Notes: generated by a model not told the origin, from the letters alone. A stretch of 63,525 nucleotides of DNA, filler included, from Octopus bimaculoides (GCF_001194135.2; 6 parts of 6 records of this genome joined end to end with filler, not necessarily neighbours in it), one strand, 5' to 3'; positions 1 to 10,194 are shown, counted from the first letter of the whole stretch. Program-made: numbers and translations.

Positions 1-471
1 TATATATATATATATATGTATGTATGTATTGGAGCCACTTCAAACAATTTCCCTCTATTTCGTATCATTCACAAACCTTGAATTTAGTAGAGACAATAAG
101 TAAGGTTATTTCCTAAAGATATCCCCCAGTGGACTTGAACCAGAGACTCCATGATCTCGAAAAAAAAAAAATCTACGTAACAACTAGTGTTGATTTAAGC
201 CACGTGAGTAATATTATTTATTTTCGCACAGTATTGTGCGAAAGGCTGTCATAAGGACGCTAGTTGTATTTCAAATGGGCCAACCGGCCTTCTCACATAC
301 TGTGGTGGTTATTTAGCTTGAGGCTTTATGCTAAGAAGGGTTTATATATTTGTGGAATATTCAATCAGTTTTATATTTTATTTCCTTGAAGAGCTGAATA
401 TTCATCACCGAAAGTGTCGGGGGTCTCATACATACATACATACATACATGCATACATCTGCACACCTGCAG

Positions 472-502
<31 letters not shown>

Positions 503-715
503 ATTATGCATATGTGCATTTGCATGCACAGAAACGTGTGTAAACATACAAGCATATATACACGCTACATATATATATGTGTGCGTGTGTAAACGTACAC
601 ACACACATACATACGTACATACACATATACATACATTAATACATGCATATATGCATATACATACACATATATTCATACATATGTGCATGTATATTCACAC
701 ACACACACATATACG

Positions 716-759
<44 letters not shown>

Positions 760-1500
760 NNNNNNNNNNNNNNNNNNNNNNNNNNNNNNNNNNNNNNNNN
801 NNNNNNNNNNNNNNNNNNNNNNNNNNNNNNNNNNNNNNNNNNNNNNNNNNNNNNNNNNNNNNNNNNNNNNNNNNNNNNNNNNNNNNNNNNNNNNNNNNNN
901 NNATTTATATATATATATATATATTTATATATATGTATGTATGTATATGTTTGCATGTATGTATGTATGTATGTATGTATGCATGTATATATGTATATAT
1001 ACACACGCTCACATTATGCAGTGATATGTATAATATATGGGAAGATTAGAAAGCACTTTACTAAGCTATCTCTTCCTCGAGCAATAATGTCTCATAAAAG
1101 AAAGGTTGGTACTTATTTTTTTCCATGGCCTGAGAGTGTTTAAGCGGATTAGAAAGACATCTTATCTCAGGATACACGAATCAAAAATAAGTTTCGAAAA
1201 AAAAAAAAAACCCAACTGAGTGGGCGGCAAGCTGCCACCATAACAACAATAAGCGGGAGAGAGGGCTTTGTGTGTGAAGATAGAGAAAGAGAAAGAGAGA
1301 AAGATAGAGGGAGTAACAAAAAAGTGTGAAAAATTATTTTATTAATATTGATGAGTGACATAAGGAGAAAGCTGTACATTTTGGAAGAAGGATACTATTG
1401 ATTAAATCAACTCAGTCCTTGATTAGTACTTTAACTTATGGATCCAAAGAGGATAAAAAGTAAAGTGAACCTTGGCTTCATTCGAACTTAGAATGTAGAG

Positions 1501-1823
1501 CAGGGATTCTCGACCACTTTTGTTTTATCTATGGACCCCTTGATTATTATTTTATTCTGGGGGAACCCCCGTAGCCATTCGATGTTTAAAAACTAGTTTC
1601 GCAGATGCTTCTTTCCAAATTCCTTTTTTGTTTTTCACACGTTAACTTGTATAGGTTGAACTAGAGAAAGAAGCCTAGCTGTTTCTTGCAATACATCTAA
1701 AGTTTTTCAGGGGTCCTTAAAATAATATTGTGGATCCTTAATTTACTGTTTTATTGCGTGGATCCCCAAAAATCTTATATGGACCTTCAGGAGACATATA
1801 TGGACCCCAGTTGAGAACCACTG
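1501..1823. mobile_element. hAT-type MITE (323 bp) with 8-bp TSD
   Basis: TIRs CAGGGATTCTCGACC and AGTTGAGAACCACTG. Perfect TSD ATGTAGAG at 1493-1500 and 1824-1831. Subterminal TGGA(C/T)CC repeats. Confidence 0.85.
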
Positions 1824-2027
1824 ATGTAGAGGAATAATAGTTCACTATTATTCTTTCAGTGGTGAGTAGAGAACATGTCAGCTCTATTTATCTAAACGGA
1901 CAGTCTCTGTTTGAAAAGTTAAATGCTGAATAACAAAAGACACTATTCTGTATTATTCCCGATAGGTAAAAATGTGAATATACATGACTTTGAGTGCAAT
2001 AGTTCGTTGTGTAATACACATATATCG

Positions 2028-2416
2028 TGGAGGCGTAATGGACCAGTGGTTACGGCAGCGAACTCATGTTCATAGGATCGCGGTTTCGAATCCCAGACCG
2101 GGCGTTGTGAGTGTTTATTGAGCGAAAACACCTAAAGCTCCACGAGGCTCTGGCAGGGGATGGTGACGAACCCTGCTGTACTCTTTCACCACAACTTTCT
2201 CTCGCTCTTTCTTCCTGTTTCTGTTGTGCCTGTAATTCAAAGAGCCAGCCTTGTCACACTCTGTATCACGCTGAAATCCCCGAGAACTACATTAAGGGTA
2301 CACGTGTCTGTGGAGTGCTCAGCCACTTGTACGTTAATTTCACGAGCAGGCTGTTCCGTTGATTGGATCAACTGGAACCCTCGACGTCGTAAGCGACGGA
2401 GTGCCAACACCAACAC
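2028..2416 (+). mobile_element. tRNA-derived SINE family B, full length
   Basis: tRNA-like head with B-box GGTTTCGAATCCC. 12-bp TSD ACACATATATCG at 2016-2027 and 2417-2428. Homologous to 8026-8350, 11702-11890 and 32885-33259. Confidence 0.9.
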
Positions 2417-2600
2417 ACACATATATCGATGAAAACCACTTTTCACGTTCACTTAACTCTGTGTGATACTTGATGATATCTTTTTTTCTTTCTTTCAGTC
2501 ATTCGTTTGTGACCTGCGCCTATTTGGCATTGCTGATTCGACGCTGACTTATTTGACGCCAGGCGTTTCAATGGCTTTCTTGTTTTAATATTTCGTTCCT

Positions 2601-2810
2601 GGTAGAATCGTTAGCACGCTGGACGAAATGCTCAGCGGTATTTCGCCCGTCGTTACGTTCTGAGTTCAAATTCCGTCGAGGTCGACTTTCTCTTTCATCC
2701 TTTCGGGGTCGTTGAATTAAGTATCAGTTACGTACTGGATTGATCTAATCGACTGGCCCCCCACCTCCCCAAAAATTTCGGGCCTTGTGCATAGAGTAGA
2801 AAAGAATATT
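2601..2810 (+). mobile_element. SINE family C (Meta-domain-like core)
   Basis: GAATCGTTAGCACG..TTCTGAGTTCAAATTCCG.CGAGGTCGACTTT.C.TTTCATCCTTTCGGGGTCG..AAATTAAGTA resembles the MetaSINE core as recalled. Confidence 0.75.
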
Positions 2811-3054
2811 TTTCTCGTTTACTTCCTCTCTCTTCCCCTCTCTCCTTCCCTTTCTCTCTTTCTCTCTCACTATCTTTTCTCACACACCTACACTCACAAC
2901 ACATTCATTTCCTGCCCGTCTGTCTGACTCTCTCTTTATCTCTCTCTCTCTTTATTTATGTGTGGGAGAAGCTAGTTATTTTTGTATGTTGTATCTGTCA
3001 CCCTCTCTCTTCCTCTCTCCTTCTCTTTCCCTTCCTCTTTCTATCTCTTCTTAC

Positions 3055-3420
3055 CTCTCTATCTCTCTGCGTATATTTCTGCGCGCACGCCTCTTTTCCT
3101 CCAGTGCCAAAACAAGTTGAATGTCCCGGCAGTCGTGCCAAGTCGTCAGCGATCCGACGGTCGCGCCCAATCGTTTCATTCCGCCGAGGGATTCAGTCTC
3201 GAAGGACAAATTCAACAACTTCTACAAGATTGTGAAAAACACAGCATACCCGGAAAAACCCCAGTAAATTGTCAAACTTAGCGGTTAGTTTATTTTATGT
3301 AGATGGGAAGGATGATGAGTAAAATCAACCATGACGGAAAGGACTATCACGTGTTATAAGTAAGTTGAAAGTGGTGATGTCAGTCACGTGATTAGCTTTT
3401 TGTAAGTCGAGATCGTGGCC
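3055..3420 (-). promoter_or_regulatory. CpG-rich island with two CACGTG E-boxes; candidate promoter/first exon
   Basis: Locally high CpG density in unique sequence. TCACGTG at about 3347 and GTCACGTGAT at about 3384. Strong minus-strand donor GAG|GTAAGA at 3055/3054. Confidence 0.35.
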
Positions 3421-3544
3421 TGACTTTGGTTCAGGCTTGATATAAATATATTTCATGAACGTGTTAATAATGTCACTGGGAAAGCATGAAAGCCGTCTAA
3501 TTTCTCCTCTAAAAATATGACTTTTTTAATCAGTAAAAATCATT

Positions 3545-3845
3545 AAAAAGAGAAAGCAAGAAGGAAAGAAAGAAAGAAAAGCAGAAAGAAAGAAAAAAGA
3601 AAAGAAAGAAAGAAGGAAAGAAAGAAAGAAAAACAGAAAGAAAGAAAAACAGAAAGAAAGAAAAACAGAAAGAAAGAAAAACAGAAAGAAAGAAAAACAG
3701 AAAGAAAGAAGAAAAGAAAGAAGAAAAGACAGAAAGAAGAAAAGAAAGAAAGAAAAAAAACAGAAAGAAAGAAGAAAAGACAGAAAGAAGAAAAGAAAGA
3801 AAGAAAAAAAAACAGAAAGAAAGAAGAAAAGAAAGAAGAAAGGAT
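3545..3845. repeat. (AAAG/GAAA)n polypurine microsatellite
   Basis: Direct reading. Confidence 0.95.
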
Positions 3846-4379
3846 ATAACAATAGTATTAAATTTGTAAATTGATATATTATGCTGTTACATACATATAT
3901 AGATTTTTTTTTTTCAATTTGTAAAACGTCCATGTAAGCGACATCAGTTATATCTTTTGTTGTAAAAACTAGTGACGTTTGTTGTTTACCAAGCTAGGCC
4001 GTAGTAACAGATATGATAACAGTTATTGTTTATTGTTTGTGATTGTTAGTGAGTTTTATTTTTTTGCTTAACTCCATGTTACTCCTGAGACTGAGCACAC
4101 GGATATATAATCAAAACTGTTCTATATCCATGACCCTCATTTAGTTCTTTCTTTCTTTCTTTCTTTTAGACTTAGTGTACCGAGTAATTTAAATTACGTT
4201 CTAGGGAGATTTAGTTGCAGACTGCGGTAGGGACATTGAAGGTGGTAATTATTTGGTGGTGTTGAAGGATTTTAATAGGCACAGCTTTATTTCTCTCTTT
4301 GAGACCCAAATTTTTCGCCATTTACTTAAACTTAGCTTTGCTGACCAGAATATGCAACAAATATTCTGGCCAACAGTCA

Positions 4380-4870
4380 TGTGAAAGGCATATTTCCTTT
4401 TATCACTCAACGCCCATTGTCTCTCGATTCCTTTGAGTTGTAATTTATCTCTACCGCTCATCGAGCCGCCCCACCTCCTACTTGATCGATTTCCGCAGGT
4501 TTCAAGTAATCTTTCTGTGAAACTTTGATTGCACACAGCTTCTTTCGATTCTCGGATTCATTCTGCACCCAAACTCTGGTACAGAAGCTGATTCACCCAC
4601 CATTTTGAAACTGCTTGCAAGATTTATATTCTCACCTACCCTTATCTCTGAACATACACAGACTCGCCTTCTCATTTTCATACCCAACCTCTATCCTGAG
4701 AACACATATTTCCTCCCCATCCCATTAGGTCGCCTGGTGATTGCCTCATCTTCCTTACAAACCATGTAGTATTACAACTTTCTCTCAGATCGCACCATTA
4801 CAGCAGTCTGTAAGGAAATTCTCTCTGATTCACATTATATGAACTCTGATGTACCTCATGTTAAGTCTTA
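4380..4870 (+). mobile_element. Old, degenerate CR1/Jockey-group RT fragment
   Basis: YNFLSDRTITAV and NSDVPH resemble 'SFLSxR..V' and 'NSGVPQ'. Many stops. Confidence 0.45.
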
Positions 4871-4924
4871 TCTTTCACACTATTCTTGTTTTGTATAACG
4901 ATTTCTCTTACTAATCAAATAGCT

Positions 4925-5301
4925 TTACAAATGCTTAGCAATTTTTCGTCTGTCTTTATGTTCTGAGTTCAAATTCCGTCGAAGTCGACTTTGTCTTTCA
5001 TCTTTTCGGGGTCGATAAATTAAGTAAAAGTTGCGTGCTGGGGTCGAGTTAATCGACTGACCCCGTCCCCCAAAATTTCGGGCCTTGTGCCTAGTGTAGA
5101 AAGTAATCGTTAGTACGCCGGGCAAAATGCTTAGCGGTATTTCGTCCGTCTTTACGATCTGAATTTAAATTCCACCGAGGTCGACTTTGCTTTTCATCCT
5201 TTTGGGTTCGATAAATTAAGTACCAGTGAAATACTGGGGTTCGACGTCATCGGCTAGTCTCCTCCCCCAAAATTCCAGGCCTTGTGCCTTTAGTAGAAAG
5301 A

Positions 5302-5302
<1 letters not shown>
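4925..5302 (+). mobile_element. Two tandem SINE family C copies ending in (ATT)n
   Basis: Copies at about 4925-5108 and 5105-5302. Others at 12683-12820 (minus), 20985-21110 and 21136-21315, plus a remnant at 1400-1500 (minus). Confidence 0.75.
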
Positions 5303-5362
<60 letters not shown>

Positions 5363-5457
5363 AGTTTTATTTTTATAATGTACTTTCACTTCACTACCGA
5401 GCGCAGCTCTGTGTGCCTTGGGTATGTGCTGTGGTTTGCTGTGATGCTCTTATGGTT

Positions 5458-5557
5458 NNNNNNNNNNNNNNNNNNNNNNNNNNNNNNNNNNNNNNNNNNN
5501 NTTAATTAATTAANNNNNNNNNNNNNNNNNNNNNNNNNNNNNNNNNNNNNNNNNNNN
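5458..5557. other. Artificial assembly linker (44 N + TTAATTAATTAA + 44 N)
   Basis: Identical 100-bp structure at 5458-5557, 12016-12115, 16998-17097, 34150-34249 and 61944-62043. The 12-mer puts stops in all six frames. Confidence 0.95.
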
Positions 5558-5938
5558 AAGAAGAATAAGAGGAGGAAGAGAAGAAGAAGAAGAAGAAGAG
5601 GAGGAGGAAGAGGAAGGGGAGGAGGAGGAAGAAGAAGAGGAGAAGAAGAAGAAGAGGAGGAGGAGGGGGAGGAAGCAGAGAAGAAGAAGAAGACGAGTAG
5701 GTGGAGGAAGAGAAAGAAAAAGAGGAGGAGAAGGAAGAGGAAGAGAAGAAGCAGATGAGGAGGAAGAAGAAGAAGGAGAAGAAGAGGAAGAATTGGAAGA
5801 AGAAGCATGAGAAGGGAAAGAGAAAACTGAAAAAAAGAAAATGAAGGAGAATTAAAGAAGAGGTAGAAAAAGAAGAAGGAAGAAGAAGAAGATGAGGAAG
5901 AAGAAGGAAGAAGAAGGAAGAGAAGGAAACAGAAGAAG
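5558..5938. repeat. (GAA/GAG)n polypurine tract
   Basis: Direct reading; lies in the intron just after CEP131 exon F. Confidence 0.95.
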
Positions 5939-5956
5939 TCGGTGGGGCGTACATAC

Positions 5957-6182
5957 AGCATGTCTTCTCTCCTGTTCTTCTCGTGCTTTATCAAACTCGT
6001 CCTTGGTTGAACTGAGCAGCTGCTGGTGTGCATCGTGCAGCTGCTGCTGCAGTCGGTCAATCTCTGCACGCTCTCGGCAAGACTGGGATGCAAGCCTCCT
6101 CTTCTCGTCTTCGATCTCGCTGTACAAACGGCGGCGCTCGTTCTGGAAGGACTCTTCCTCCTGGTGGATTTGTTTCTCATAT
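5957..6182 (-). CDS. CEP131: CEP131 coding exon F (226 nt, phase 2-0); downstream exons absent from window
   Basis: CTCGACAG|A+YEKQIHQEEESFQNERRRLYSEIEDEKRRL...EFDKAREEQERRHA|GTATGT. Matches 'RQRLYSEVAEERERL...EFEKGREEQERRH'. Confidence 0.93.
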
Positions 6183-6261
6183 CTGTCGAGGTTAGAAGAG
6201 AATGGGAGATTTATCTGATTAATAATGACAAAGTTATTTTACTAAATCCTTCATCATCATC

Positions 6262-6480
6262 ATCATCATCATCGTTTCACGTCCGCTTTTCATGCTAGCA
6301 TGGGTTGGACGATTTGACTGAGGACTGGTGAAACCAGATGGCTACACCAGGCCCCAATCTGATTTGGCAGAGTTTCTACAGCTGGATGCCCTTCCTAACG
6401 CCAATCACTCAGAGAGTGTAGTGGGTGCTTTTACGTGTCACCCGCACAAGGGCCAGTCCAGGGGCAGTGGCAACGATCTC
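6262..6480 (-). mobile_element. Repeat family D (SINE/RTE-like 3' end with (GAT)n tail)
   Basis: Minus strand: GTTAGGAAGGGCATCCAGCTGTAGAAA..CCCATGCTAGCATGAAAAGCGGACGTGAAACGATGATG. The same end is seen at 14096-14130 and 15590-15903. Confidence 0.7.
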
Positions 6481-6771
6481 GCTAAAATTCGCTAAAATTA
6501 ATTGAAACAAAGCAAAGTGTATTTCAACAGAAATATGGTAACCAAAGGGTTAAAGTGATCTAAATTAAAACCTTCCAATTAAGATTTCATGTTAATTTAT
6601 GTTCCAAACACCAGCTTAATAATGACAATCATTTTACTAAATCCATCATTATTCTATAGTAGAAGACACTTGCCCAAGGTGCCATACAGTGGGACTGAAC
6701 CCAGAATCATGTGGTTCATAAGCAAGCTACTTACCACACAGCCACTCCTGTGCCTACAAAAAATAAGTCAC

Positions 6772-6885
6772 TGTCAGGAGTGGGATTCGAACCCACGCCC
6801 ACATTTGTGGACCAGAGCACTGTATGAGCTGGATCACGTAGCATACCTTTGAGTCTGGCGCCTTAGACCGTTTGGTCATCCTGAG
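6772..6885 (-). tRNA. tRNA-Leu(CAA)-like gene with 30-nt intron, possibly a pseudogene
   Basis: Minus strand: CTCAGGATGACCAAACGGTCTAAGGCGCCAGACTCAAA [intron about 6847-6818] CTCTGGTCCACAAATGTGGGCGTGGGTTCGAATCCCACTCCTGACA. Anticodon stem CCAGA/TCTGG, variable arm CCACA/TGTGG, T arm GTGGG-TTCGAAT-CCCAC, T6 terminator at 6758-6763. Mismatches at acceptor pair 1 (C:C) and D-stem pair 10 (A:C). Confidence 0.8.
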
Positions 6886-6922
6886 ACACACTCAATACAG
6901 AGAAACATGAAAATAGACCCAC

Positions 6923-7140
6923 CTTTGTTTGGCAAGCTCCCTTTCATGTGAGCAAGCTTCTTCCTTCTCCTTGGCCAGCTGGGAGCGCAATTCCTCGGTC
7001 AACTTCACGTACCTCTGGGCAGCCCTCTCATCTGACTCCAGCAATTCAGCTTCATGGATCTGCTTCACTTTATTCATTTCACCTTTGTGTTTGGCAATCA
7101 AACGCTGGATCTCAGGTTCAAGCCCCTTCACCGTCATCTC
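6923..7140 (-). CDS. CEP131: CEP131 coding exon E (218 nt, phase 0-2)
   Basis: GATCAG|EMTVKGLEPEIQRLIAKHKGEMNKVKQIHEAELLESDERAAQRY...ERELAKQ+AG|GTGGGT. Matches 'EVTVRGLEPEIQKLIARHK...HEAELLQSDERA'. Confidence 0.95.
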
Positions 7141-7320
7141 CTGATCATAAATGAAATAAATAAAATAAAACATACATGGAAACAATGGAACACAACAGGT
7201 AAAACATGAACGACGAGTGTTTCATAACAAAAGGATGCCTTTTACATAAGTTATAACATACAAAACCAGCTAAGCTATTCTTCAGGTTCTATTACTCCTA
7301 TCTTGTTTACATCATTGGGT

Positions 7321-7696
7321 TACTCTTTACTCTTTTACTTGTTTCAGTCATTTGACTGCAGCCATGCTGGAGCACCGCCTTTTAGTTGAGCAAATCGACC
7401 CCAGGACATATTCTTTGGAAGCCTAGTACTTATTCTATCGGTATCTTTTGCCGAACTGCTAAGTTACGGGGACGTAAACACACCAGCATCGGTTGTCAAA
7501 CGATGCTTGCTGGTGGGGGGGGACAAACACAGACACAAACATATACACACATGCATATATATATATACATATATACGACGGGCTTCTTTCAGTTTTAGCC
7601 TACCAAATCCACTCACAAGGCTTTGGTCGGCCCGAGGGTATAGTAGAAGACACTTGCCCAAGGTGCCATGCAGTGGGAATGAACTCGGAACCATGT
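7321..7696 (-). mobile_element. SINE family A copy
   Basis: Reverse-complement homology to 52888-53504. Confidence 0.9.
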
Positions 7697-8025
7697 TAAG
7701 ATGAACAAATGAAATATGAGTTTGATATTTCATTTGTTCATCTGTGCAAGCAACTGCATGCTGCCATTTGTTGGTGCACTACATAGCCAGTCCAGGAATT
7801 TTTTGATACCACCTATATACACATATATAGGACAAGGTTAGTTTCCATCTACTATATCCACCCACACAAGGCTTTGGTTGGCCCAGGGTTATAGTATACA
7901 CTCAACAAACATCTGTACAATTTCTAGCTATCAAATTCCATTTATAAGTTATGCCAAACAAAGCCTAGAGGAAAAGACACTTGCCCCAGTTTTCCCAAGG
8001 TACAATAAAAAAAAAAATGAGCACT

Positions 8026-8350
8026 CTGTCGGTTACGACAAAGAGGGTCCCAGCTGATACGATCAACGGAACAACCTGCTCGTGAAATTAACGTGCAAGT
8101 GGCTGAGCACTCCACAAACACGTGTACCCTTAATGTAGTTCTCAGGGATATTCAGCGTGACACAGTGTGACAAGGCTGACCCTTTGAATTACAGGTACAA
8201 CAGAAACAGGAAGAAAGAGTGAGAGAAAGTTGTGGTGAAAGAGTACAGCAGGGTTCGCCACCATCCCCTGCTGGAGCATTGTGAGGCTTCAGGTGTTTTC
8301 GTTCAATAAACACTTACAACACCTGGTCTGGGAATCGAAACCATGATCCT
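8026..8350 (-). mobile_element. SINE family B copy
   Basis: Reverse-complement homology to 2028-2416. Confidence 0.85.
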
Positions 8351-8379
8351 ACGATATATATATATCATTGCACTCCATC

Positions 8380-8672
8380 AGTTTCGACGACAAGGGTTCC
8401 AGATGATCTGATCAATGGAAAACCCTGTTTGTGAAATTAACGTGCAAGTGGCTGAGCACTCCACAGACACGTGTACCCCCAACGTAATTCTCAGGGAGAT
8501 TCAGTGTGACATAGAGTGTGACAAGGCCGGCCCTTTGAAATACAGGTACTACTCATTTTTGCCAGCTGAGTGTAGTGGAGCAATGTGAAATAAAGTGTCT
8601 TGCTCAAGGACAGAACACATCACCGGGAATTGAACTCACGACCTCACGATCATAACCACTAAGCCACGCGCC
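8380..8672 (-). mobile_element. SINE family B2 (different head/body, family-B 3' tail)
   Basis: Head GGCGCGTGGCTTAGTGGTT..GAGTTCAATTCCCGG; body TGTCCTTGAGCAAGACACTT..CTCAGCTGGCAAAAATGAGT; tail shared with family B. Confidence 0.75.
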
Positions 8673-8708
8673 AAGGTACCATACAATGGAATCGAAGCCA
8701 AAACTTAC

Positions 8709-8805
8709 CTTAATCTTCTTCGTCTTGTCTTCGATCCATTTCTCACGCCGTATTTTTTCTGATGTTAACGAAAGTTCTTTAAATTTTTTCAGCTCTATGT
8801 TGTAT
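8709..8805 (-). CDS. CEP131: CEP131 coding exon D (97 nt, phase 2-0)
   Basis: CTTCTAG|A+YNIELKKFKELSLTSEKIRREKWIEDKTKKIK|GTAAGT. Matches 'EKARREKWISEKTKKIK'. Phase is compatible with exon C. Confidence 0.92.
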
Positions 8806-9058
8806 CTAGAAGTAGGAGAAAACACAAGCGTCTGCTTAATCCACGTTGCATGATGCTACCTCAACATTTTATATCAAATCCTGGGACAAGCATACTCGAC
8901 ATTAAGCAAATACAGAAACACAAATAAGCTGTCCTCATTAATCCTTTTGATACCAACCCACCTGAGATCTTTGGTTCTAGGATACAAACTCCCTGTTTTG
9001 AAGTGATTTATACTAAAGCCTTCCTTTAAAATTCCAAGTAAAGGTTTTCATTTAGATC

Positions 9059-9395
9059 TGCTTACGAACCACATGGTTCTGGGTTCAGTCCCACTGCGTG
9101 GCACCTTGGGTAAGTGTTTTCTACTATAGCCTCGGGCCGACCTAAAGCCTTGTGAGTGGATTTGGTAGACGGAAACTGAAAGAAGCCCGTCGTATATATA
9201 TGTATATATATATGTNNNNNNNNNNACGGAAACTGAAAGAAGCCCGTCGTATATATATGTATATATATATGTATATATGTGTGTGTGTGTGTGTGTGTGT
9301 CTGTGTTTGTCCCCACAACATCGCTTGACAACCAATGCTGGTGTGTTTACATCCCCATAACTTAGTGGTTCGGCAAAAGAGACCGCTAAAATAAG
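9059..9395 (+). mobile_element. SINE family A copy
   Basis: Homology to 52888-53504; a 10-N gap falls in the internal microsatellite. Confidence 0.9.
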
Positions 9396-9461
9396 TAATT
9401 ATAATTTCCATCATAATTAATATTATCATGAATAATTTAATAGAAATATAACAAAAATATA

Positions 9462-9462
9462 T

Positions 9463-9500
<38 letters not shown>

Positions 9501-9534
9501 AACGATGATGACAACGACAATGATGAGGATGATG

Positions 9535-9566
<32 letters not shown>

Positions 9567-9716
9567 AACAGCAATGATGATGATGATGAAGATGATGATC
9601 ATCATGATCATGACATCATGATGGTAAAGATGATGACAAAAACGATCATGATGATGGTGACGGTGAAGATGGTGACAACAGCGACGACGATGGTGACGAA
9701 GATGATGAGAACAGCA

Positions 9717-9747
<31 letters not shown>

Positions 9748-9990
9748 CAAAAACCATCATTGTGACGACGACAACAATGATGATGATGATGATGATGACA
9801 AAAACGATTATGGTGATGACGACAACAATGATGATGATGATGATGATGATGATGACAAAAAAAATCATGATGATGACAACAGCAATGATGATGATGATGA
9901 TGATGATGACAAAAACGATTATGGTGATGACAACAATGATGGTGATGATGATGACAATAAAGACAACAACAATGACAACGATGACGAAGG
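9462..9990. repeat. Compound (GAT)n/(GAC)n microsatellite
   Basis: Direct reading; recurrent GACAAAAACGAT and GACAACAGCAAT interruptions. Confidence 0.95.
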
Positions 9991-10016
9991 TACTAAAATC
10001 TCGCAATGTGCCTCAC

Positions 10017-10123
10017 TTGTCCGTCTGACTCTTCATCTTGTCCTGATGTTTCTTGTCCATGCTTTTCAGCTCCTTCACCAATTGCTCGCACTTCTCATTC
10101 AGCATCTTCTTGTCATCAATCAA
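10017..10123 (-). CDS. CEP131: CEP131 coding exon C (107 nt, phase 0-2)
   Basis: TTTTGCCAG|LIDDKKMLNEKCEQLVKELKSMDKKHQDKMKSQTD+AA|GTGAGG. Matches 'LIEDKKVLSEKCE'. Not present in the ORF track; found by reading the minus strand. Confidence 0.92.
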
Positions 10124-10194
10124 CTGGCAAAAGAAAACGAGACAACGATGACGTAAATTACTGCGACATGTCTTACATTAAATCATGGATGTGG

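Noticed and set aside
328-1143. Many 60-380 aa ORFs rich in Y/I/H/T/C/V/M, here and at 13-16 kb, 39-42 kb and 62 kb
   Set aside because: They are translations of (TA)n/(CA)n/(TACA)n microsatellites or run through N gaps.
5502-5513. Palindromic TTAATTAATTAA recurring five times (PacI-like or homeodomain-like motif)
   Set aside because: Always centred in exactly 44+44 N; it is an assembly spacer.
6026-7154. Plus-strand ORFs 5892-6218, 6026-6298, 6929-7144 and 6948-7154
   Set aside because: Antisense shadows of CEP131 exons E and F.
8861-8881. Possible 21-nt micro-exon (CAG|GATTTGATATAAAATGTTGAG|GTAGCA) between exons C and D
   Set aside because: Weak donor and poor pyrimidine tract; in the required phase it reads AAG ATT TGA (stop). 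Exons C and D already join in frame.
9165-9270. Apparent direct repeats flanking short N gaps (also 15304-15475 and 42660-42731)
   Set aside because: The same sequence on both sides of a small gap is typical of unmerged contig overlaps.
9618-10028. 136-aa poly-Met/Thr ORF and its antisense poly-Ile/Val ORF
   Set aside because: Product of the (GAT)n repeat inside a CEP131 intron.
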